Positions 9,625 to 18,409 of a stretch of 53,479 bases of DNA are shown piece after piece. The notes beneath the pieces are model-generated. The model was not told the origin of the DNA. It saw only the letters and a program-made list of their open reading frames with translations, and ran no database searches. The first letter of the stretch is position 1. Each line of letters begins with the position of its first letter. The translations under genes and the position numbers were made by a program. Source of the stretch: Candidatus Hodarchaeota archaeon (lineage in GTDB: Archaea > Asgardarchaeota > Lokiarchaeia > Sigyniarchaeales > SOKP01); the NCBI GenBank assembly GCA_048887225.1, contig JBHLJY010000015.1, forward strand, positions 1 to 53,479, in the 5' to 3' direction.

Positions 9625-10877
9625 TTAAGATGGAAAGATTAAGAAAAATTGGTTTCTCGAAATTAACAGCGTTAGAAGATGCTTTAAACAAGTTGAGTTC
9701 TCATATTAAATTGAGTTCAGTTGAGGAAATCGAAACGGTAGCATCACTTAACAGAATTTTGGCTGATGATATAACAAGTGAAATTGATATCCCACCGTTT
9801 GATAGATCCGCTATGGATGGCTATGCTGTTAAAGCTGAAGATATTTTTGAAGCATCACTGAAAAATCCAAAAAAAATTAAAAAAGTGGGAATTATTGAAA
9901 TTGGGGAAAGTCCAACACAAGTTCTCAAGAGAGGTGAAGCTATAAGAATATCCACAGGAGCTGCAATGCCAGATGGAGCTGATGCCGTTATAAAAATTGA
10001 AGATACTGAAATTGAAAACGATTTAATAACAATATATACATCTCTTGTTCCTGGAAAAAATGTTTCAAAAAAAGGGGAAGATATTCCATTAGGAACTCAA
10101 ATTTTGAATCAAGGTGTAGAAATAAAAGCAGAACATATAGCTCTTTTAAGTTCATTAGGTATTGAAAAAATAAACGTAAGAAAGAATCCAAAAATAAGCG
10201 TGTTTGCCACCGGCAACGAATTGTTAGAGGTTGGCACTCCTCTTGAGAAAAATAAAATCTTTAATTCAAATACTCCTATGATTTCAAATCTGGTTCAAAT
10301 CTATGGTGGTAAAGTTATTAAAGAATCTACCTTGAAAGATAACAGAAAAATATTAAAAACTGCTTTAATTGAGGCTGTTAAAGATTCAAATATAGTTATT
10401 TTTACGGGAGGTACTTCAGTAGGAACAAAGGATCATCTACCAGAAGTTATTCACGAAAATGGTACTGTTTTAACTCATGGGATAGCTATGAGACCAGGAT
10501 CGCCAATTCTAATTGGATATCTGAAAGATACTTTAGTATTTTGTTTGCCTGGAACTCCAGTAGCAGCTTACCTTTGTTTTTTAGTTATTGTTGGACCAAC
10601 CATTAGGAAAATGATGGGATGTTCTAAAATTGATCCGAGAATAGAAATTAATGCAATTATTAATAAAGATGTCCCAATTTCAAGCTTGGGATATATTAAT
10701 TATTTAAGAGTTAAAATTGAGAAAATAAAAAATCATTTTATTGCCATTCCAGTGAAATTAAAAGGTTCCGGAATAATTAGTTCATTAACTAAATCAGATG
10801 GGATTATTGAGATTCAAGCTTCCCAAGAAGGATTAAAAAATGGAGATCAAGTTACAGTAAAACTCCATCCAACATAA
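9621..10877 (+). CDS. moeA: Molybdopterin molybdenum/tungsten transferase MoeA (paralog 2)
   Basis: PPFDRSAMDGYAV, TGAAMPDGADAV, TGNEL, TGGTSVG, MRPGSP, LPGTP. Confidence 0.93.
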   Translation: MIKMERLRKIGFSKLTALEDALNKLSSHIKLSSVEEIETVASLNRILADDITSEIDIPPFDRSAMDGYAVKAEDIFEASLKNPKKIKKVGIIEIGESPTQVLKRGEAIRISTGAAMPDGADAVIKIEDTEIENDLITIYTSLVPGKNVSKKGEDIPLGTQILNQGVEIKAEHIALLSSLGIEKINVRKNPKISVFATGNELLEVGTPLEKNKIFNSNTPMISNLVQIYGGKVIKESTLKDNRKILKTALIEAVKDSNIVIFTGGTSVGTKDHLPEVIHENGTVLTHGIAMRPGSPILIGYLKDTLVFCLPGTPVAAYLCFLVIVGPTIRKMMGCSKIDPRIEINAIINKDVPISSLGYINYLRVKIEKIKNHFIAIPVKLKGSGIISSLTKSDGIIEIQASQEGLKNGDQVTVKLHPT

Positions 10878-10919
10878 TGTTTCAAAAAAAGTTTTTAGAA
10901 ATAGTTAATTATAACATAT

Positions 10920-11789
10920 ATGGTTGATACAACCAAAAAAGTAAAGGATATACAAAATAAATATAAAATCATTGGTAGAACTGAGGAATTAAAGAAAATA
11001 ATTTTGGCGCGTTCAGTAGGAAAGAATATTTTAATTGAAGGCGAAGTTGGAACTGGAAAAACTACTCTTGCTAAAGCGGTGTCAAGTTATTATGATGCAA
11101 ATTTTTATCGGATTGATTGTTCTGAGGAGACGTTAACTCACAATTTGATTGGTCATTGGGATCCTCCGTTAGTCATTTCAAAGGGATATGGAGAAGATTC
11201 TTATGTATATGGACCGCTTGCTTCAGCAATGTCCAATGGGGGATGCTTATTTATAAACGAAATAAATAGAATGCCTGAAAGTACTCAAAATGCTTTATTA
11301 ACCTCGTTAGACGAGAGATTTCTTGAAATTTCTAAATTGAAAACAATCCACGCTAAGGAAAACTTCTTCGTTGTAGCAACCTTAAATCCATCAGCTCATG
11401 TTGGTGTTACTGTATTAGGAGAAGCCATTAAAGATAGATTTATATGGATTAAGATTGACTATCAACAACCAGAAGAAGAAATAGAAATTATTAAGCAAGA
11501 AGTTAATCTTAATGGCGAATTAGACATCAAAATTGCTCGAATTTCTCAAGAAATAGTTCAAATAACAAGAAATAGCACATCTATTCGTAGAGGAAGCTCA
11601 ATCAGAGGCGCTATTGACTTAGCGGCTCTAATAACTCAATATGAAACAAATACTAGTACTAAAAATTGGGTTGAAGCTGCAATAATGTCTCTTTATAATA
11701 AAATTGAACTTGAAGACGGAGTGACTAAATCAAAAAAAGAAATTATTACTGAAATTGTTTTATCTGTATTAAATAAGTCGGATTTTTAA
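10920..11789 (+). CDS. MoxR-family AAA+ ATPase
   Basis: Walker A GEVGTGKT, GPL, Walker B variant LFINEINR, QNALL, ATLNP, AIKDRF, sensor II SIRG. Confidence 0.88.
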   Translation: MVDTTKKVKDIQNKYKIIGRTEELKKIILARSVGKNILIEGEVGTGKTTLAKAVSSYYDANFYRIDCSEETLTHNLIGHWDPPLVISKGYGEDSYVYGPLASAMSNGGCLFINEINRMPESTQNALLTSLDERFLEISKLKTIHAKENFFVVATLNPSAHVGVTVLGEAIKDRFIWIKIDYQQPEEEIEIIKQEVNLNGELDIKIARISQEIVQITRNSTSIRRGSSIRGAIDLAALITQYETNTSTKNWVEAAIMSLYNKIELEDGVTKSKKEIITEIVLSVLNKSDF

Positions 11790-11829
11790 TAATCGATGAT
11801 TTCTCTGCGGATGATTCCGAAGAGATTGA
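11780..11829 (+). other. Candidate -1 ribosomal frameshift cassette (slippery heptamer + stem-loop)
   Basis: G_GAT_TTT followed by TAA; hairpin TCTCT-G-CGGA[TGAT]TCCG-A-AGAGA at 11802-11825, extendable by TCGA/TTGA pairing (11793-96/11826-29). Confidence 0.55.
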
Positions 11830-12907
11830 GAATAAAAGGCTTAAGGTTAGACTTACTGAAAGACCTCCAGACAAAGAAATTTTACGATTAGAAATAATTA
11901 GAAAAAAGAAAAAAAAACCAGATTATTATCGACTCTTAGCGAACTCGTTGGATTACAAACAAATAAAAGAAATGACCTTTTTAGCAATCCAGTATAAAAA
12001 TCTGGAGGCAATTATGGGCATGCTTAAATCAAATGTTTATGCAGCGACAGATGCGCTAGATTGCGATGAAAGCGTGCAATTTTTTTCTGAAAAATCAAAA
12101 GAATCTGGTTTAGTTATGCCAGAAATATACTTTTTTATAAGAAGGCCGATATCGAAAAAATATAAAAAGATTTTTAGAAGGCTAGCTCGACAGAGTATAT
12201 TAAAAACTTCCTTAAAGATTACAAGCAGAGGTATTAAAGGTACTCGAAAGAAGACTATTCCATATTATGAAATAGGAATGCCTGAATTCGATTTAGACGA
12301 GTCAATTCAACATAATCCGCTAAAAATTTATGAAAAAAATCTTTCTTATAAAGATATCTATGGAATCAAGAGGCAACGACAAAAAAGAAATATTGTTTTA
12401 ATATTAGATACAAGTGGCAGTATGTACGGGCGTACTCTATTAAACGCAGCTCTTACAACATCAGTTCTTGCCTATAATATGGAAAAGGAAAACTATAGTA
12501 TTGTATTATTCAATTCTACTGCTATGATACTGAAAAAAATAAACGATATTCAAAAATCCATTATTACCATAATAGACGACATATTAGACTCTGAAGCAGT
12601 AGGATTTACAAATATTCATATCGGTTTAGAAAAGGGTTTAAAAGAACTAAATAAAGTCAAAGAACATCACAAAAATAAATTTGGCATTCTAATAACAGAT
12701 GGTAATTATAATCGTGGAGAAAACCCAATTAAAATAGCAAAAAAATATCCTAAATTACATGTAATAGGAATGCCCGCAGAGAACGATGCTGATAGAGGTA
12801 TTGATACATGTCGAGAAATTGCTAAAGCTGGACAGGGAAAATTTTATGCTGTAACCGATTATAAAGAAATTCCACGAGCACTAATCAATTTATTGTCTCA
12901 AGCTTGA
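11786..12907 (+). CDS. von Willebrand factor A domain protein (CoxE/ChlD C-terminal-like); frame is open from 11777, well upstream of the tracked TTG at 11948
   Basis: MIDAS DTSGS...T(N)...ITDG; 57 additional open codons upstream of the TTG that overlap the MoxR stop in the -1 frame; start mechanism uncertain. Confidence 0.85.
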   Translation, partial: LIIDDFSADDSEEIENKRLKVRLTERPPDKEILRLEIIRKKKKKPDYYRLLANSLDYKQIKEMTFLAIQYKNLEAIMGMLKSNVYAATDALDCDESVQFFSEKSKESGLVMPEIYFFIRRPISKKYKKIFRRLARQSILKTSLKITSRGIKGTRKKTIPYYEIGMPEFDLDESIQHNPLKIYEKNLSYKDIYGIKRQRQKRNIVLILDTSGSMYGRTLLNAALTTSVLAYNMEKENYSIVLFNSTAMILKKINDIQKSIITIIDDILDSEAVGFTNIHIGLEKGLKELNKVKEHHKNKFGILITDGNYNRGENPIKIAKKYPKLHVIGMPAENDADRGIDTCREIAKAGQGKFYAVTDYKEIPRALINLLSQA

Positions 12908-13056
12908 ATACTATAAAATGTCTCAAATTAATCATAAGATTTGATCTGTTTTAGCAATCTAAAAATATAAATTATTAAAAATTTAAACTCCTCTTCTTTA
13001 ATTATAATTAGAAATAAATTTTAAATTAGAGGTAAAAATATTTTAGAGAGAGAAAC

Positions 13057-14385
13057 GTGGTAAGACCACCGACAGAAAAAAATATTTGCTTGTTATGTAA
13101 AGGTGCACGGCTCTTATGTGGGAAAAAAACCTGTCCAATTCTATTAAAAAAATCTATCTTAAAATCTATTGTTCCTTTTGAATTGGGAAAATCTAAGCGA
13201 AACATTGAAATTTTTGGGGCAAGTCCACCAGGGTTTTTTGTAGGGAGGTTTAATTATCCAAATGTAGCAGTTGGACCGCTTGTTCCATTTAAAGAATTGG
13301 AATCAAACCTTAATATTGAAGATCATCACATTCTTGATGCTCCAGAACTTTGGTATGGTAAACAAATGGCTGAGGTTATTTTATATAGGAGTAGTTTAGT
13401 TCGAAGTAATTTCAAAATAAATGTGAGAATTGGTGAACAAAAATTAAAATATACTCCTCCAATAAGGGCTCAAAAATTATTAGAAACTTCACAAGAACTC
13501 TCAATGGCCGCTCGTCCTGTTGACACAGAAACTAAATTGGAAAAACTAAATTTTCGAATGATTATGGATAATCACGCTTTACCTGTTGGTCCAAGTGGTA
13601 TTACAAATAAAATAAGAATTACTGAAAATGTCAAAGTCCATCCAAAGGTAGAATATTGTGTATCTGATACTGATTTAAAGGCTCAAGATGCTATATCTGA
13701 GCATCTTTATCTTAAAGGTCGTGTTCCTTTATCATCAATCCAAAGAGTTTTTTCAGCAGGATTGTTAGGAGAGCAAAATAGTCGCAAATTGGTTCCTACA
13801 AGATGGTCGATAACAGCCATTGATGATATGATTTCAAAAAGATTAATTACAGAAATAAAAAAATTTCCTGAGATAAATGATTATCAAATTTTTGAAGCTA
13901 TTTACCTTGATAACCATTTCAAAATTCTCTTATTTCCTGGAAAATTCACCTACGAGATGAATGAAGTCTGGGCACCAAATTCTTTATGGAATATATCTCT
14001 TTCTGGAAATAATTGCAATTTACAGCCACAGATAATGACAGATTACGAATTTTATAGAGGTCGCAAATCTTATGCGAGTAATATAACAGGTGCTTATTAT
14101 GCCGCCAGGAAAGCTGTTTGTGAGTATCTATATAAAAAAAGGAGACAAGCTCGAATTTTGATCTTTCGTGAGGTATCCTCTGGCTATATTGTTCCCTTGG
14201 GAGTTTGGGTAATTAGAGAAACTGTAAAAAACGCCATGGATACAAATCCAGTGAGATTAGATAATTTCAACTCTGCTTTAAGTAAAATGGCTAAAGGATT
14301 AATTGTTGATCAAAAACACTGGGAAAAAAATAGCAAATTGATTGATTTTGTAAAAACTCAAAAAACAATTGATAATTTTTTTTGA
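13057..14385 (+). CDS. nreA: Archaeal DNA repair protein NreA
   Basis: N-terminal CLLCKG..LCG...CP, SPP.FFVGRFNYP, RKLVPTRWSITA.DD, GAYYAAR, PLGVWVIRE and C-terminal PIP box QKTIDNFF. Confidence 0.92.
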   Translation: MVRPPTEKNICLLCKGARLLCGKKTCPILLKKSILKSIVPFELGKSKRNIEIFGASPPGFFVGRFNYPNVAVGPLVPFKELESNLNIEDHHILDAPELWYGKQMAEVILYRSSLVRSNFKINVRIGEQKLKYTPPIRAQKLLETSQELSMAARPVDTETKLEKLNFRMIMDNHALPVGPSGITNKIRITENVKVHPKVEYCVSDTDLKAQDAISEHLYLKGRVPLSSIQRVFSAGLLGEQNSRKLVPTRWSITAIDDMISKRLITEIKKFPEINDYQIFEAIYLDNHFKILLFPGKFTYEMNEVWAPNSLWNISLSGNNCNLQPQIMTDYEFYRGRKSYASNITGAYYAARKAVCEYLYKKRRQARILIFREVSSGYIVPLGVWVIRETVKNAMDTNPVRLDNFNSALSKMAKGLIVDQKHWEKNSKLIDFVKTQKTIDNFF

Positions 14386-14545
14386 TTAATTCATTAATTA
14401 AAGAGATTTTTAGAAAATCGTAAATATTTTATAGTTCTCTATAATTATATTTAAATTTATTTTTTACTGTAAATATTTAATAATTAAGTTTTTATAGAAA
14501 TATCTCATCCATTAAAAAAATCAAAATAAAAGGTTTTTAAAAATT

Positions 14546-15748
14546 ATGTCAGAGAAATCAATAGTATATTGGGCATCTCCTTATGAGTTGAGTTCTTTAA
14601 CTAATTCTTCTAGAAATATGACAACAAATAATTTAGTAAAAACCAGATTTATATTAGACAAAATTTTGGATAATATCAATTCTGGAGATAAAGTAGCAGT
14701 AAAAGTTCATGTTGGAGAAGCTTATAATACGCGTTATTTACGCCATGATTATGTTCGTGAAGTTGTTGATGTTGTTAAATCATTAGGAGCTATACCAACT
14801 CTTATAGAGACTCAAGGTTTAGGAATGGAAATCCATCTTGTTAATATTTCTGATAGTTGTTCGTTATGTCTCGGAAGCCGAAAAATTGCGAGTGAGCACA
14901 TGAATATTGCTCATTTACATGGATATTCAGAGGATATTATTGGCGCACCGCTTAAATTTATTGATGGTGAAAAAGGTATTGATGGAAAAATTATTAAAAT
15001 AGAAGGAATTCATTTCAAAGATGTATCTGTTGGTGCGGGTCTTTATGATTTTGATAAGATTGTTGTAGTTTCTCATTTCAAAGGACATCCACAGGCTGCT
15101 TTTGGAGGTGCTTTAAAGCAAATTGGAATAGGTTGTGTAACTAAAAGAAATAAGTTTCGTGCTCATTTTGAGGGGAGTCTTAGCGTAACTAAGAGATGCA
15201 ACATATCGAAATGTAACCAAGAATGTATTAAAGTCTGTCCCGTAGATGCAATTAAAATGGAAGGAGAATATGCTGTAATTAATTCTTCTACTTGTATTGG
15301 TTGTACAGGCTGTCAAGAAGCCTGTCCCGTTAGAAAAGCAATTAAATCAGCAGATTTCAATGATTTTAAAATTTTCACTGAGAGATTTATTGATAATACT
15401 ATGGCTGTTTTAAATTCGTTTGGTCCTGAAAAAATCCGTTATATCAATTTCGCTTTTGATATACCTAATATGTGTGATTGTGTCGTTAACGCGAATATGC
15501 CCATTATCCCCGATCTCGGTATTTTTGGTTCTTCTGACCCACTTGCTGTAGATAAAGCTTGTGTTGATGCAGAAACTAATGCCCCAGGGCTTCCTACTTT
15601 GGATAAAAATGGACAATGGAAAGAACCAGTTCCTATTGGCGTTGAGAAATTTAAAGCAATGAATGTTAGTTTGGATCCCTCTTGGCAACTTGATGCTGCA
15701 GTTAAAAATAAAGTCGGAAATATTTCCTATGAATTAGTATCAATATAA
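14546..15748 (+). CDS. DUF362-family Fe-S protein with internal 2x[4Fe-4S] ferredoxin domain
   Basis: VKVHVGE, SHFKGH, GGALKQIGIGC, CIGCTGCQEACP, CDC, SSDPLAVDKACVD. Confidence 0.82.
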   Translation: MSEKSIVYWASPYELSSLTNSSRNMTTNNLVKTRFILDKILDNINSGDKVAVKVHVGEAYNTRYLRHDYVREVVDVVKSLGAIPTLIETQGLGMEIHLVNISDSCSLCLGSRKIASEHMNIAHLHGYSEDIIGAPLKFIDGEKGIDGKIIKIEGIHFKDVSVGAGLYDFDKIVVVSHFKGHPQAAFGGALKQIGIGCVTKRNKFRAHFEGSLSVTKRCNISKCNQECIKVCPVDAIKMEGEYAVINSSTCIGCTGCQEACPVRKAIKSADFNDFKIFTERFIDNTMAVLNSFGPEKIRYINFAFDIPNMCDCVVNANMPIIPDLGIFGSSDPLAVDKACVDAETNAPGLPTLDKNGQWKEPVPIGVEKFKAMNVSLDPSWQLDAAVKNKVGNISYELVSI

Positions 15749-15868
15749 TTTTCTTTTGATTTCAATAATCTCTTTGGTTCAGACCAAATTATAATCTTAT
15801 TTTTTTTAAAATACAAAATTATTTTTGCTAAATTAACTCTATAAGTTATAAAAATCATTTTAATTAAA

Positions 15869-17089
15869 GTGAATTTTATGTGGTTAAATGCATGGGCATC
15901 AATGAGGATGGATAAAGAACAACGTTGGTGGAGTTTTGAATGGAATTTTGCTGATTCGGTACGTATGCAAATGAATTTACCTGAAAAAGTTATCATTAAA
16001 GATGATACATTAAGAGAAGGAGAAGAAACTCCTGGTACTTATTTTACGATAGAACAAAAGGTTGAAATCGCTAAATTACTTGAAGAAATGGGAATTCCCG
16101 AAATCGAAGTAGGTTACGCTGCTGGTATTAAAGAGCATGCTGAGACATTCAAGGCTCTTAAAAAGGAAGGAATAAAGATGAAACTTTCTTCTCATGCCAG
16201 GTTGTATGCGGAAGATGTTAAGAGAGAAGTTGACGATATAATATCGGCTGGAGCAGATCATATTAATTTTTTGCTTGTTCCAAGTCCTTCCTTAAAAACA
16301 AGAAACGCTGTCTATAAAAGAATTGTAGAAGGTATAACGTATGCAAAATCACAAAATGTTTCAGTAGCATTTGGTTCGGGGCGTGTTATCCCACGGTATT
16401 GGAAAAAGTTTCTAGAATTAGCGTTAGATGCTAACGTAGATAGAATAGTGGTTTACGATGGAAACGGATGTGCGCTTCCAGCAGCTTTTAAAGATAATGT
16501 AGTTTTTACTAAAAATATAATTAAAGATATTCCAATTGAAGTTCATACTCATAATGATTTAGGATTGGCAACTGCAACTACGCTTGCTGGAGTGGAGGGT
16601 GGAGCAGAAATAGTAGATGTTGTCTTTAACGGTCTTGGTGATAGAGCGGGAAATGCTGCAACTGAAGAAGTAATCATGGCTCTTGAAATTTTATACGGGA
16701 TTAATCTGAATTTAAAACTTGAAAAAATAATGGAAATTTCTCAACTTATTGAAAAATATAGTAGAACACCACTTCAACCGCACAAAGCAATTGTGGGAGA
16801 AAATTGTTTTATACATGAGTCAGACTTACACGTGGAGCAGATTTTAATCGGTAATTGGGTGACATGGGAATTATACCAACCTCATATAGTTGGACAATCC
16901 CGAAAATTAATATTTGGTGCCACTACACTTCAAGATAGAGCAATCAAAGCGAAATTGTCAAAAATGGATTTAAATCCGACAGATGCTCATCTTAAACAAT
17001 TACGAGAAAAAATTAAAGAGCGAATTAAGGTTCAAGATTTTATTTCTGAAAAAGAACTTGAAGATATAGCTAAAAAAATTGTAAAATAA
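15869..17089 (+). CDS. DRE-TIM acetyl-CoA condensing enzyme (homocitrate/isopropylmalate/citramalate synthase family), no regulatory domain
   Basis: DDTLREGEETPG, IEVG, HTHNDLGLA, GLGDRAGNA..EE, KAIVGEN.F.HES; true start probably ATG at 15902/15908. Confidence 0.82.
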   Translation: MNFMWLNAWASMRMDKEQRWWSFEWNFADSVRMQMNLPEKVIIKDDTLREGEETPGTYFTIEQKVEIAKLLEEMGIPEIEVGYAAGIKEHAETFKALKKEGIKMKLSSHARLYAEDVKREVDDIISAGADHINFLLVPSPSLKTRNAVYKRIVEGITYAKSQNVSVAFGSGRVIPRYWKKFLELALDANVDRIVVYDGNGCALPAAFKDNVVFTKNIIKDIPIEVHTHNDLGLATATTLAGVEGGAEIVDVVFNGLGDRAGNAATEEVIMALEILYGINLNLKLEKIMEISQLIEKYSRTPLQPHKAIVGENCFIHESDLHVEQILIGNWVTWELYQPHIVGQSRKLIFGATTLQDRAIKAKLSKMDLNPTDAHLKQLREKIKERIKVQDFISEKELEDIAKKIVK

Positions 17090-17097
17090 CATTATAA

Positions 17098-17688
17098 TTA
17101 TAAGTGATTTACTAATTCACTAAGAATTTTTGTTGCTCTTGAAATGTTAAAAATTCCACATATACAAGGTCTAGCTAATTTTTTTGCTGCTTTTTCCACG
17201 GTAATTTTTCCTTCTTTTATTAAATCGATGTAATATTCTATAGATTGCTGCGAGGTGCAGTGATGCCCACACATCGTAGTGATTTCCAGTATTGTTTCAG
17301 AAGGTAATAACTCTTTCTTTCCAAATGTACCTAATGAGAGATGGACAGTATGCATATTCAAACCGATTTCTTCAACTACTTCTTTAATTTCAGAAATTAA
17401 ACCACTTATCACAATAGAAACTCCCAAATCTTCTCGTTTTAAAGTTTGAATAATTTGCTTAATAGTATTGATATCTGTAAAAACAGCTGTAATAACGGGT
17501 GAAATCTCCCAAGCAACATTCGGCATAATATTTGTAGGATTGTGTTGATTCAGGATTTCAGCAATTCTTATTAATTTTTGACGCGAATCTGGATATTTAT
17601 CGTTTATTCCAGCCGCAAGCATTGCCAATATCACAAAATCCTCTCTTAAATCATCAATAGATCCTACTCTATGTAATGAATGTGTCAT
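17098..17688 (-). CDS. Conserved hypothetical protein with Cys motifs (TMCGH, CICG)
   Basis: MTHSLHR start, TTMCGHH and PCICGIFN motifs; GGAGG SD upstream. Confidence 0.7.
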   Translation of the reverse strand: MTHSLHRVGSIDDLREDFVILAMLAAGINDKYPDSRQKLIRIAEILNQHNPTNIMPNVAWEISPVITAVFTDINTIKQIIQTLKREDLGVSIVISGLISEIKEVVEEIGLNMHTVHLSLGTFGKKELLPSETILEITTMCGHHCTSQQSIEYYIDLIKEGKITVEKAAKKLARPCICGIFNISRATKILSELVNHL

Positions 17689-17707
17689 TTTATTTTACCT
17701 CCAAATT

Positions 17708-18409
17708 TTAGCTTTTACCTAATCCAATATTTATTTTAGCATTTGGATTTACTTTAAAACCTTGATTCTCTAATATATCTATTACAGGAATAGAGCCATC
17801 TTTCATCACTCGAGAAACGATCCCAACAGTAAAAACTGTATCAATTTCTTTTTCAACTTCTTTGATTACCTGTAAAACCTGATAAATCTTATTTTTAGGA
17901 AGTTTAAATTCAATAATAGCAGAAAGAACACGCTCATTTTTTATATCATCTTTAATATTAACGTTATCATCAGCCAGAATTGCTGTAACTGGACTCATTT
18001 TTTCATATTCCACACCGATTTGAACCAATTTAGTAGTAAATAATTCGATATTTTTTAACCATGTTCCAACTCCAGGGCGTCCTAATTCAATCGAAACGCC
18101 AAATTCATCTATACCAAAGCGATTAGTCACATCATTAGTTTTCATCTCCTCTGTACCTCTTCCTGGTATGCCCGTTAATTTATGAGTTGCTATTACATTG
18201 CTGAAAGGACTGCGAATAATTCTTGGCCATTTTAATCTCGTAGGTTTTATAGCTTTTACAGGGCATTCTGCATATCGATAACAGATGTCACATTCTACGC
18301 ATAATTCGTTATCTATGATAGCTTTATTATTGAGTATATTTATTGCTTGAACTGTACACACCGTTACACATTGGCCGCATCCTGTGCATTTATCTTCTCT
18401 AATTTTCAT
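17708..18409 (-). CDS. 2x[4Fe-4S] ferredoxin-domain protein with uncharacterised C-terminal domain
   Basis: CTGCGQCVTVC, CVECDIC....CP, then GRGTEEMKTNDVT and ELGRPGVG. Confidence 0.78.
   Translation of the reverse strand: MKIREDKCTGCGQCVTVCTVQAINILNNKAIIDNELCVECDICYRYAECPVKAIKPTRLKWPRIIRSPFSNVIATHKLTGIPGRGTEEMKTNDVTNRFGIDEFGVSIELGRPGVGTWLKNIELFTTKLVQIGVEYEKMSPVTAILADDNVNIKDDIKNERVLSAIIEFKLPKNKIYQVLQVIKEVEKEIDTVFTVGIVSRVMKDGSIPVIDILENQGFKVNPNAKINIGLGKS

Noticed and set aside
11902-11917. A6-G-A9 run as a slippage site
   Set aside because: It lies downstream of the ATPase stop, so it cannot join the two ORFs; it reads as in-frame poly-Lys in the vWA frame.
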